Source: Desulfocapsa sulfexigens DSM 10523
GTDB taxonomy: Bacteria; Desulfobacterota; Desulfobulbia; Desulfobulbales; Desulfocapsaceae
Direction: 5' to 3'
Assembly: GCF_000341395.1 (NCBI RefSeq)
Contig: NC_020304.1
Span: 480,001 to 512,000, forward strand
Length of the DNA: 32,000 bases
This document shows positions 1-8,688 of the stretch, piece after piece (position 1 is the first letter of the stretch; each line of letters opens with the position of its first letter). The notes beneath the pieces are model-generated. The model made no database searches. It was not told the origin of the DNA and saw only the letters and a list, made by a program, of their open reading frames with translations. Made by a program: the position numbers and the translations under genes.

Positions 1-846
1 TTTTTCATCCAGCCGTGCAGCTTCTGATTGCAACCTGCTGATACTGCAATCAACATTATTTTCTTTGGCAGTTTGCAGCCAGTACTCAAAATCATTTCCA
101 AGTAACTCAAAAAAACTGTCCTCTTCATCAAGCCCTTTCAGTTCCTCCAATACAGGTTCGCCAAGAGTTTCCGAAAGAGCCTCTCTGGCATCCACCAGCT
201 TAGCCTCCTGAACAGCAGAGATAGCCTTTGTGGTTTCATAGCGGGCCAGAATATCATACAAAGCCGATTGATCCTCTAATCCTAGTGCATGACCGGTTCT
301 TGCTGTCTCTAACTGGCTCTCCAGAATCTGAAGTTTAGCATTGGCAAATTTCAGCTCATCCTGAGCGGAAACTTGTGCAAAATACCGTTCAACAACCCGT
401 ACAACGAGCTGCTCACGTGCCTTTCTAAGTTCCATGGCAGCGATGTCCATTTCACAACTCCCCCGCCTCGCCCTGTATATTTTTTCCAGGTCAATTAGGG
501 GTTGCTCCAGAATAACAGCAACCTCATCGTCATAAAAATTGAGATGACGATCTTCAAGCTCGGCTATATCTTCAGGAGAGTACTCCAGATTACTGCGCAT
601 AATCTTGCCGGAGACCGCAAGCCTTGGCCCAAGGGCTGCAACCTGCGCCCAACCATCGGCGTTCTTTGCCTCGGCGTCCATTTGCTCTACCTTAAAACGA
701 GCATCGTTCTCCTGTGCAATTCTCAATGCGGTCACGAGATCAAGAGCAAAAGCCGATATCCCCATGACATGCAGGAACAAACAGGCAATAAGGCAAGACA
801 GGATCTTTTTCAATCGGATATTAATGAACGGTTCCTCCCGACTCAT
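1..846 (-). CDS. TolC-family outer-membrane channel protein, probable T1SS component (C-terminal part runs off the window)
   Basis: The minus-strand frame is open from the ATG at 846 to base 1 (282 codons). It is absent from the ORF track because there is no stop in the window. The translation MSREEPFINIRLKKILSCLIACLFLHVMGISAFALDLVTALRIAQENDARFKVEQMDAEAKNADGWAQVAALGPRLAVSG... shows a signal peptide followed by a TolC-type N-terminal helix pattern. It is the last gene of the hlyB-hlyD-hlyC string and overlaps the hlyC-like stop by 26 nt. Confidence 0.75.
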   Translation of the reverse strand, partial: MSREEPFINIRLKKILSCLIACLFLHVMGISAFALDLVTALRIAQENDARFKVEQMDAEAKNADGWAQVAALGPRLAVSGKIMRSNLEYSPEDIAELEDRHLNFYDDEVAVILEQPLIDLEKIYRARRGSCEMDIAAMELRKAREQLVVRVVERYFAQVSAQDELKFANAKLQILESQLETARTGHALGLEDQSALYDILARYETTKAISAVQEAKLVDAREALSETLGEPVLEELKGLDEEDSFFELLGNDFEYWLQTAKENNVDCSISRLQSEAARLDEK

Positions 847-1366
847 CTTCACCTGAAGCGGTTTTCCCTTTTAGGGGTTGGAGTTTACGAGCAGTGATTC
901 CACCTGTTTTGGGATCGGGAGCAGCCAATCGTATAACTTTACCTGGAAATTCATTTAGCTGGAGGTCATGCAACATGTTCTCCACCCCACCAAAGGGTGC
1001 CACGATATCGATAATCCATAGGCGATCACCACAATTCCAGTCTTCGGGGCGTAATTTTCCACCGTTTGCAAAAAGCCTGGCTTCTGCCTCTTTATTTAAG
1101 AAGGCCCAACTGATAAAAGAAGTTGGATACTCCTTTTTCATGAAGAGTTTACATTGCCCGGCTATGAGTGGTGGCATAAGCAGCCATTCCAGGTCAGCGA
1201 TAAAATGATAACGTCTGTGAGACGACTGCATATAAAGCAACAACACGGGTCCCATCGCTGGCAAGCGTTTCAGGATTTTCATGGATTGCTTATGAATTTC
1301 TTCTTTAAAAGCTTCGTTATCTACCGCTTCTGCGGTTTTAATCTTATCGTCCTTCTTTTGGCTCAT
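821..1366 (-). CDS. hlyC: RTX-toxin-activating lysine acyltransferase (HlyC/RtxC/CyaC family)
   Basis: 181 aa. It aligns by eye with E. coli HlyC: SWAFLNKEAE..PEDWNCGDRLWIIDIVAPFGG..FPGKVIRLAAPDPKTG versus SWANLSLENE..AEDWTSGDRKWFIDWIAPFGD..FPDELFRAIRVDPKTH. The conserved His (SSHRRY) and Asp (IIDIVAPFG) positions are present. The ATG lies 2 nt after the hlyD-like stop. Confidence 0.85.
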   Translation of the reverse strand: MSQKKDDKIKTAEAVDNEAFKEEIHKQSMKILKRLPAMGPVLLLYMQSSHRRYHFIADLEWLLMPPLIAGQCKLFMKKEYPTSFISWAFLNKEAEARLFANGGKLRPEDWNCGDRLWIIDIVAPFGGVENMLHDLQLNEFPGKVIRLAAPDPKTGGITARKLQPLKGKTASGEDESGGTVH

Positions 1367-1368
1367 CT

Positions 1369-2721
1369 CTATGACTCCCGTAAACTTTGATCTTTATAGC
1401 GTAGCATTGGTCCCAGAAAATAATGGATGACACGTCTTTTTCCTACTTTTATATCGGTGGTAACCGTCATTCCGGGTAAAATTTGTCCCTGTTTCCCATT
1501 AATAACATTGGGTAATTGATAACTGTCCACAGAGATCCGTATGGGATATATCGCCCCCAGTTGTTCATCCATAACAGCATCCCTGCCGACCCATTCAATC
1601 TCACCTTCAAGATCACCATGGCGGGTAAAGGGATAGGCAGCCACCTTAACAGATGCATTTTGACCAATGGAGACAAACCCGATATCCTTGTTAAGCAGTT
1701 TCGCCTCTATCTCAAACCCACTGTCCATGGGGACGATGGTCATCAGTGGTTGAGCAGATGTAACAACTCCACCAACGGTATTAATTGCGAGTTGTTGCAC
1801 AATTCCATCCACCGGTGAGCGCAGTTCCCGGTTAACAAATTTATTTTTGGCCTTGGTGAGATGCTGGACCAATGCCTCCTGTTTCTTTTGGGCTTCTGTC
1901 AGCTCTTTGAGCAGTTCTTTTTTATATTCACTCTCCCACAACTGCTTTTCATCCTTTCTTTGTGAAAAACTGAGTTCAAGCTCTTTCATCCTGTTTTTTT
2001 CAGTGCCAAGTTTTTTTCGCACCTCATTTATTTCCATCTGGGCCTGAAGATATTTGCCACTGGCGAGCATCTCTTTCTCTGCCATTATTTGTTTCTTTTC
2101 GTATAGTTTTTCTGCCAGTGGTAACGATTCTTGCAACCATCCGATGGTTGCCTCCACCGATTTCAGTTCCGCCTCTGCTCTCTCGATACTGTGATCCATG
2201 GCGGCCATCTTTTCTTTCCGTGCCAGAAGGGACTGATGAAGAAGCCGCTGCTGCAATGAAATCTCATCTTCTCCTGCTTCATTCGGTGCAGTAAAAAGAC
2301 CGGCATCCCCAGCAAGTTGTGCTCCCAACCGCGAGACAGCCAGTTGAGTCGTTATCAGCTCTCTTTCGAGGCTTTTCAGGTCTGCTTGGGACTCGGTTGA
2401 ATCCATCCTTACCAGTAACTCACCTTTTTTAACCAACTGGCCATCGCTCACTGCAATCTCTGTCACAATACCGGGTTCCAACGGTTGAACAACCTTTACT
2501 CTCCCCTTAGGAATCACAACGCCTGTGCCAGTGGCAATAATATCAATTTGTGCAACAAAGGCCCAGATAATGACAAATAGAGCGAGGGTAACAAGAAGCA
2601 GAACTATAACCCTTGAAAAGGGTGCAGGAGGCCGCTCCAACACCTCAATGGTTGCCGGCATAAATTCAAAATCACGGCGAATACCATTCTGTTCTTTATA
2701 TTTTTTTATAAAATCAGGCAT
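1369..2721 (-). CDS. hlyD: HlyD-family T1SS periplasmic adaptor (membrane fusion protein)
   Basis: The ORF track gives 1369..2763. I prefer the ATG at 2721 because a GAGGGG Shine-Dalgarno sits 4 nt upstream and ATGCCTGA overlaps the hlyB-like stop. The protein has an N-terminal TM helix (VIVLLLVTLALFVIIWAFVA), a long coiled-coil and a C-terminal beta-rich region typical of HlyD adaptors. Confidence 0.9.
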   Translation of the reverse strand: MPDFIKKYKEQNGIRRDFEFMPATIEVLERPPAPFSRVIVLLLVTLALFVIIWAFVAQIDIIATGTGVVIPKGRVKVVQPLEPGIVTEIAVSDGQLVKKGELLVRMDSTESQADLKSLERELITTQLAVSRLGAQLAGDAGLFTAPNEAGEDEISLQQRLLHQSLLARKEKMAAMDHSIERAEAELKSVEATIGWLQESLPLAEKLYEKKQIMAEKEMLASGKYLQAQMEINEVRKKLGTEKNRMKELELSFSQRKDEKQLWESEYKKELLKELTEAQKKQEALVQHLTKAKNKFVNRELRSPVDGIVQQLAINTVGGVVTSAQPLMTIVPMDSGFEIEAKLLNKDIGFVSIGQNASVKVAAYPFTRHGDLEGEIEWVGRDAVMDEQLGAIYPIRISVDSYQLPNVINGKQGQILPGMTVTTDIKVGKRRVIHYFLGPMLRYKDQSLRES

Positions 2722-4858
2722 AACACCCCTCATGGATACTTTGCAGTGTTGCAAATCTGCCACCGGCCTTCAGCAAGGCCTGCGGAGTATCATTTTCCAC
2801 GATGCGACCATGTTCAAGGCTGATGATTCTATCGGCACGACGAACGGTTGTGAGCCGGTGAGCAATAATAAACACCGTCCGTCCCTCACATATCTTGCGC
2901 ATATTTTTTTGAACATGCATCTCCGACTCATAATCAAGGCCACTGGTTGCCTCGTCCAGGATGAGCATTCCGGGATCCGAAGCAAGGGCGCGGGCGATGG
3001 CAATTCGCTGGCGCTGTCCGGTGGAGAGCCGACACCCTCTCTCCCCCACTAAAGTGTCGTATCCTTCCGGTAGTCCAAGAATTAAGTCATGTACCCCCGC
3101 AAGCGTTGCAGCAGCAATGACTTCTTCCATCTCCAGATTCGGCACATTCAGGGTTATGTTATCTCTGATGGATCGGTTAAACAGTACCCCGTCCTGAATA
3201 ACCACTCCAATCTGTCGCCTTAGCCAGGAGCTGTCAGCCATGGAAATATCAACGCCATCAATAAATATTCGTCCCTTTTCCGGGACATATAAACGTTGGA
3301 GTAATTTCACCAAAGTTGTTTTTCCGGAACCGGTCGTTCCAACAATACCAATGACCTCACCGGCTTTTACTGAAAACGAAACATCCTGCAGAACTTCTGT
3401 TCCTTCCGGGGTGAATCTGAAAGTAACATCCTCAAAGCGTACATCTCCCTTAATTGCCGGCAAACTTACCTTGGAAGGATCAAATCCCGGTTCTGGAGCA
3501 GTGTTAAAAATATCACCGATACGAGCCACTGAAACATTTACCTGCTGCAATTCTTTCCAGATTCGGGAAAGGCGAAGGATTGGAGCAATAACCCTGGACG
3601 AGAGCATATTAAAAGCAATAAACTGACCAACCGTTAAATTCCCATGCAGTACTTCTTTGGCACCAAACCAGAGAAGCAAAACAGAAAGTATCTTACTGAT
3701 TATTCCGGTGGTTTGGCTGATCAAATTGGAAAGATGTCCTCCTGAAAAACCGATCTTCACATGATTTGCCAGACGTTTCTCCCACTCTTCACGAACTTTA
3801 GGTTCAGCAGCATTTGCCTTGATGGTCTCCATACCAGCCAGGGTTTCCACCAGAAACGATTGCTTGTCCGATCCCGCTGTATAGCGATCTTCAAGTTTGT
3901 TACGCAGCAAAGGAGTCAAAAGAAAAGAGGCACCAAAAAGCAAGGGAAGAGCAACCATTACCAGCATGGTCAGAAAAGGGCTGAAGAGATACATGACAAA
4001 AAGGAAAACGATCAGAAAAAACAGATCGAGAAAGAGCATCAGCCCAGAGCCGGTAATAAAGCTGCGTACATTTTCAAGCTCCTTCATCCTGGCAATGGTA
4101 TCGCCCACCTGCCTTGACTCAAAATAGCTTAAGGGGAGACTCATCAGGTGCTTAAATAACTGTACACCAAGCATGAGATCAATGCGGTTGGCAGTATGAG
4201 ACATAAGATAGGTTCGCAGGCCGTTCAATGCGATTTCAAAAAAGGAAACGACAACCAGGGCAAAAACCAGGACATCAAGGGTGGAAAGACTGTTATTGCT
4301 TAACACCTTATCAATAACAATCATAAAGATAAGGGGCGAAAGGAGGCCGAAAATCTGCACAAAAAAAGATGCCAGGAGGCAATCCCGCAGCACACTCCAA
4401 TATTTGCGAGAAGATTGTACAAACCAACCCAGGCCAAACGCTTGCCTGCTTCGTTGTTGTGTCGTTCGTTTTTTCAGCAAAAGGATCTGGCCGCCCAGAT
4501 CCTTTTGAAATTCCTCAATATTGACCCAACTGCCCCTGGCTTCGCCAACCTGCTGTACCAGAACTTTCTCCCCCTGCTCGTCTTTTCCACCCACCAAAAC
4601 AAAATCACCACTTTTGCGCTCTGCAATAATGGGAAACAGCCCAGGATTCACTTTGGAAAGATCCTTGCTTACGGGTTTGGCCTTAAAACCAATCTCCTGA
4701 AAAATTCGAGCCAGCTCTATGAGCTGGAGCTTACCTGTATCTCGGCCAAAGTGATGTTTTATCTGCTCCATGGTAATAGGGTTTCCATGAAGTTTTGCCG
4801 CAATCGCGACACAGAACAACCCACTTTGAAGATTTGCCTTTTTTGTGTTTTTGGTCAT
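2714..4858 (-). CDS. hlyB: HlyB-type T1SS ABC exporter (permease/ATPase) with N-terminal C39-like domain
   Basis: 714 aa, collinear by eye with E. coli HlyB. It carries Walker A GTTGSGKTT, signature LSTGQRQR and Walker B MLILDEATS. The N-terminal C39-like domain appears to have Ser where a peptidase would have the catalytic Cys (LQSGLFCVAIAAKLHG versus HlyB DYGLYALEILAQYHN), which suggests a non-cleaving RTX-type exporter. Confidence 0.95.
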   Translation of the reverse strand: MTKNTKKANLQSGLFCVAIAAKLHGNPITMEQIKHHFGRDTGKLQLIELARIFQEIGFKAKPVSKDLSKVNPGLFPIIAERKSGDFVLVGGKDEQGEKVLVQQVGEARGSWVNIEEFQKDLGGQILLLKKRTTQQRSRQAFGLGWFVQSSRKYWSVLRDCLLASFFVQIFGLLSPLIFMIVIDKVLSNNSLSTLDVLVFALVVVSFFEIALNGLRTYLMSHTANRIDLMLGVQLFKHLMSLPLSYFESRQVGDTIARMKELENVRSFITGSGLMLFLDLFFLIVFLFVMYLFSPFLTMLVMVALPLLFGASFLLTPLLRNKLEDRYTAGSDKQSFLVETLAGMETIKANAAEPKVREEWEKRLANHVKIGFSGGHLSNLISQTTGIISKILSVLLLWFGAKEVLHGNLTVGQFIAFNMLSSRVIAPILRLSRIWKELQQVNVSVARIGDIFNTAPEPGFDPSKVSLPAIKGDVRFEDVTFRFTPEGTEVLQDVSFSVKAGEVIGIVGTTGSGKTTLVKLLQRLYVPEKGRIFIDGVDISMADSSWLRRQIGVVIQDGVLFNRSIRDNITLNVPNLEMEEVIAAATLAGVHDLILGLPEGYDTLVGERGCRLSTGQRQRIAIARALASDPGMLILDEATSGLDYESEMHVQKNMRKICEGRTVFIIAHRLTTVRRADRIISLEHGRIVENDTPQALLKAGGRFATLQSIHEGCYA

Positions 4859-4872
4859 TTCTATTTCTACAA

Positions 4873-7800
4873 TTATGCCGCGAGAGCCAGGGCGCCATCA
4901 TCGACATCATCGGGTTGGAGAGCATCATCAAACTGGTCAAAAACGATGATATCCTCAGTTGTTGAATTGCCTGCTGAGTCGGTGAAATTTGATCCTGCGG
5001 CTGCATCTGATTGCAGTTGCTGGGCAATTCGATTGATCTCAGCTTCACTTATTTCCTGATCTGCTTCTGTGTGCGGTGTGTTTTCGTCACCAGATGCACT
5101 ATCCTGTGTCTCTGTGCATTCCTTTTCTGGTTCCTCTTGAATAATAGGTTGTGTTTCGCCTGCAGCAAGGGGAATTGCATCACTCTCCTCAGCCGGAAGA
5201 CCTTCTGTAAAGGCGAGCTCTTCACCACGTAAAGCAACATCGCCAACTTCAGCACTGCTTCCATCTTCCAGGTGATACACCGTTGAGCCAAATACTGTGT
5301 TTCCTGCAATTACCTCTTCCTTACCATCGCTTTTGAGCTCAATATCACTTATTCCGGCATCATCAAGGGTTTTAAATTCCCCCTCATCACTGATGCCGTT
5401 GGAATTTTTATCCTGCCATATGCCAAAGTCACTCCACGCCGCATCTTCTTTACTGAAAATTCCATCGTTGTTGCTGTCAAAGGCCTGCAAGCCTTCAAGG
5501 TCAGTGGTGGCACCCGGCAAATATTCCTTGAGCATCAACTCATCTGCTCTGGTCACCGCCCCGTCATGATTGTGGTCGTAGACCAGAAATCCATCGTCTG
5601 CTGCAACCCAGCCGCTGGATTCTGCTATTGTGTCACGGTTCCAATCGAAGGTTACTCCTTCCTCAATACCCAGCAGTTCAACGCCGTCTCCGTCGAGGTC
5701 GAGGATTACCGGGCTGTAAAGGTAACGGAATGTGTAATTTTGGTAACCGGGTTCCGCATCCTCTGTTCCTCCCCACATCTGGATATACATCGTTCCTGAA
5801 GCACCGCGCTGATCAACTCCTGTTAGTGTGAATGAGGCAGGGATGCCATATTGTAGCACTCCATGATAATAAAAAGAGCTATTGGAGTTTTTATAAACGG
5901 TTCCATGGCTCACTTGGGCTGCGGATACGGTAACCGTATCGCCATAATTTCTGTCATATACAGCGATATTGAAATATACGTCGTAGAAGTTTACGTAACT
6001 ATCGTGACTCCAGTCTACAGATTGTATTGAAAGCTCAGGGGCGAAATTATGCTCAACAATCTGGTTCATAATCAAACGGCTGGGGGCCGTGCCACCATGA
6101 CCATCGGAAACCGTATAACTCACCTCCACATGGCGTTCCCCCCCTGACGGCTGTACCCAGAGATATCCTCCCTCGACCTTAACGTTTGCAGAACCTGAAG
6201 AAACGTAAGGACTGACGATGGTGAGGCTGTCACCATCCACATCAAAATCATTCGCTACCAGGCCGGCAATGCTGTATTTGTTCCAGATATGGGTTTCCGC
6301 AGGAGATGCAATATCCTCCTGAGCAACAGGATTGTCGTTAACGGGCTGGACGTAAATTTCTGAAGTCCCGGTGCTGACGGCACCGAAGGAATCGGTTACC
6401 TGATACTGAAAAGTCTCAACTCCGCAAAAATTTGCATGGGGATTGTAATAGATGGCACCCGTTCCCGAATCGTAGGAGAGGATACCATGGGCGGCTCCAA
6501 CAACACCTGTAAAACTGAAGGAATCACTTTCATAGACCGAGTCCATCTCAATGTCGTAATCATTGGCAATCAGCTGGGCGGCGTTGAATTCAAAGGAATT
6601 GTCTTCCACGGCACCTTCAATCCGCTCAGGAACCAGAATGGGAGCATCATTGACAGGATCAAGATCCACAAAGGCAACAGCGCTAACCGGATCACTGATC
6701 CCGTCACTCACCGTATATTCAAAACTTGCCTGCCCCGGATAGTTGTTGTTAAAATTCAGCTCAGGGGTAAACTCTATTTTTCCATCACCGCGCAAAGTCA
6801 CCGTTCCATGGGTAGCATTCCCAACCCCAGTGATAAAAAGGGTATCACCATCCACATCGGTATCGTTGGCAAGCAGGGTCTCCTGATCAAAAACAGCAAT
6901 GATATCCTCCTGGCTGAAAAGGATCTCAGAATAGGCATCCGGGGAGGTATTCAGCTTCACATCAATGGTGGCGGTGGCCTGACTCTCACCACCATTTCCG
7001 TCTGTTATGGTGTAGGTGAGGGTATCTATACCAACCCAGTCGTCACTAGTCGCCTGATAATGGATAAAACCGTTTACATCCTGGCTCACCGTGCCATATT
7101 CAGCGTTGCCAAAACCAGTTATCTGAAGGGTATCGCCATCCACATCTGTGTCATTGGCCAGCAGCACGGCAGAGCTGTAGACATTATCATAACTGTTATT
7201 TGACCAGGCGAGGATATGGTCATCATCCATAGCCTGTGGAATGTCATTTTCACCAAGAACATTAACCACGATCAGCCCCGTTCCGATTCCGGCTTCCGTA
7301 TCGGCCACCGAATACCTGAGAGTGGCTATGCCAAAAAAATCTTCATCCGGTAAAAAGTGGAGGAGACCGTTTTCATCCAGCCAGCCATCTCCACCCGTGG
7401 ATGCGGAAATTCCCATAAAGCGCAGATCCGTTTCATCTTCTATATCGGAAGCACCCGCCATAAGGGTTGCCGAATCAAAGGTGATCTCCCCGTCTTCCGT
7501 CATGGTGGCCGTTGTCGTTGCCATCTTAGGCAGATCATTTACGGGGGCGATATGAATGGTCATGCTGCCGGTTACTTCCATGCCCTGGCCATCACTTACC
7601 GTGTAGCTGAACTGGCCGCTGCCGTAAAAATCCGCATCGGGAGTATAGGTGTAGACCCCCTTATCCTGAGAAAAACTTCCCCCGCTGATGGCTGAGAGCG
7701 AGGTGAAGGTGAATTGATCACCATCCGGGTCATCGATAAAAGAAGCCATCTCCTGCTGAGTAAAGACGATGGCTTGATCTTCATTGATGAAACGCTGGTC

Positions 7801-8688
7801 GTAAAGGATAGTGGGCGCATCGTTGATGCCCAGAACCTGCACCGGCACCATGGTGCTTTCCCGGTTTCCCTCTGCATCTTCCACCGTGTATTCAAATCCT
7901 GCCTGAGAACCGGAATAGTCCGCGTCGGGGGTGAAAACAATATCGCCGTTCTCGGTACTCATCAGGGTTCCGTGAGATGGTGCCCCAAGTCCAATAAAAC
8001 GGAGCTCTCCATCCCTGTCATGGTCATTGGCCATCAGGGCTGAGATGGTGGTGCTGACAGCCACCTCTTCATCGGTTATCAGGGTATCATCACCAAAATC
8101 GGTGGCATCATTTACGGAGAGGATATCAATATGGAGCCGGCCGGAAACCGCGGCGCCATGCGCATCCTCCGCTGTATAGTCAAGGGTGGCATCACCATGG
8201 TAATCGCCGTCCGGCGTGAAGGTATAGATCCCGTTTTCTTCAGTGACCACGCCACCGCTTATATTGGTGATGGCACCGATGGACGGGCTCTCACCGTCTC
8301 TGTCCTGAATAAACTGTTCGATGACGGCGGCATCGAAGACTATCGGTTGGTCTTCATTGGTGCTTATCGAGGTGCTTATGATTTCCGGAGCATCATTGAC
8401 AGCAGCAACATGTACCTGTACGAACGTGATTGACTGGTTACCGTCTGCGTCTGCAACCGTGTAGTCAAACCCTGCATCATTGCCGGAGTAATCCGGCTCC
8501 GGGACAAAGGTGATACTCCCATTTCCATCCTGAGAAACCGTGCCATGCAAACCATTCCCCAAAGCAACAAATTCGAGGGGCCCTTCAACATCAGAATCAT
8601 TGGCCAACAGCTCCGTAACCGTCGTTGTAACAGAAGTGTCCTCATCGGTGGTCAGGATGTCGGCCCCGAACACTGTTGCATCATCCAC
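4873..8688 (-). CDS. C-terminal portion of giant T1SS-type toxin/adhesin: cadherin-like repeats 7-15, a beta-rich domain, an EF-hand-like Ca-binding region and an acidic C-terminus
   Basis: 1271-aa ORF. It contains ~95-100-aa repeats with LLANDxDxDGDxL and VNDAP motifs. These are followed by LDLDGDGVELLG..GWVAADDGFLVYDHNHDGAVT..DSNNDGIF..DKNSNGISDEGE and an acidic tail ending DDVDDGALALAA. The stop lies 14 nt upstream of the hlyB-like start. Its frame stays open upstream of the listed GTG and continues the repeat pattern of ORF 8700..14366 (see the frameshift finding). Confidence 0.85.
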   Translation of the reverse strand: MDDATVFGADILTTDEDTSVTTTVTELLANDSDVEGPLEFVALGNGLHGTVSQDGNGSITFVPEPDYSGNDAGFDYTVADADGNQSITFVQVHVAAVNDAPEIISTSISTNEDQPIVFDAAVIEQFIQDRDGESPSIGAITNISGGVVTEENGIYTFTPDGDYHGDATLDYTAEDAHGAAVSGRLHIDILSVNDATDFGDDTLITDEEVAVSTTISALMANDHDRDGELRFIGLGAPSHGTLMSTENGDIVFTPDADYSGSQAGFEYTVEDAEGNRESTMVPVQVLGINDAPTILYDQRFINEDQAIVFTQQEMASFIDDPDGDQFTFTSLSAISGGSFSQDKGVYTYTPDADFYGSGQFSYTVSDGQGMEVTGSMTIHIAPVNDLPKMATTTATMTEDGEITFDSATLMAGASDIEDETDLRFMGISASTGGDGWLDENGLLHFLPDEDFFGIATLRYSVADTEAGIGTGLIVVNVLGENDIPQAMDDDHILAWSNNSYDNVYSSAVLLANDTDVDGDTLQITGFGNAEYGTVSQDVNGFIHYQATSDDWVGIDTLTYTITDGNGGESQATATIDVKLNTSPDAYSEILFSQEDIIAVFDQETLLANDTDVDGDTLFITGVGNATHGTVTLRGDGKIEFTPELNFNNNYPGQASFEYTVSDGISDPVSAVAFVDLDPVNDAPILVPERIEGAVEDNSFEFNAAQLIANDYDIEMDSVYESDSFSFTGVVGAAHGILSYDSGTGAIYYNPHANFCGVETFQYQVTDSFGAVSTGTSEIYVQPVNDNPVAQEDIASPAETHIWNKYSIAGLVANDFDVDGDSLTIVSPYVSSGSANVKVEGGYLWVQPSGGERHVEVSYTVSDGHGGTAPSRLIMNQIVEHNFAPELSIQSVDWSHDSYVNFYDVYFNIAVYDRNYGDTVTVSAAQVSHGTVYKNSNSSFYYHGVLQYGIPASFTLTGVDQRGASGTMYIQMWGGTEDAEPGYQNYTFRYLYSPVILDLDGDGVELLGIEEGVTFDWNRDTIAESSGWVAADDGFLVYDHNHDGAVTRADELMLKEYLPGATTDLEGLQAFDSNNDGIFSKEDAAWSDFGIWQDKNSNGISDEGEFKTLDDAGISDIELKSDGKEEVIAGNTVFGSTVYHLEDGSSAEVGDVALRGEELAFTEGLPAEESDAIPLAAGETQPIIQEEPEKECTETQDSASGDENTPHTEADQEISEAEINRIAQQLQSDAAAGSNFTDSAGNSTTEDIIVFDQFDDALQPDDVDDGALALAA

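Noticed and set aside
2714-4858. An active C39 bacteriocin-processing peptidase domain at the N-terminus of the ABC exporter, suggested by a Cys in LQSGLFCVAIA.
   Set aside because: Aligned against HlyB (DYGLYALEIL) and the C39 motif (D-C-G), the catalytic position is occupied by Ser and the Cys lies three residues later. I read this as a non-catalytic C39-like domain, but a proper alignment is needed.
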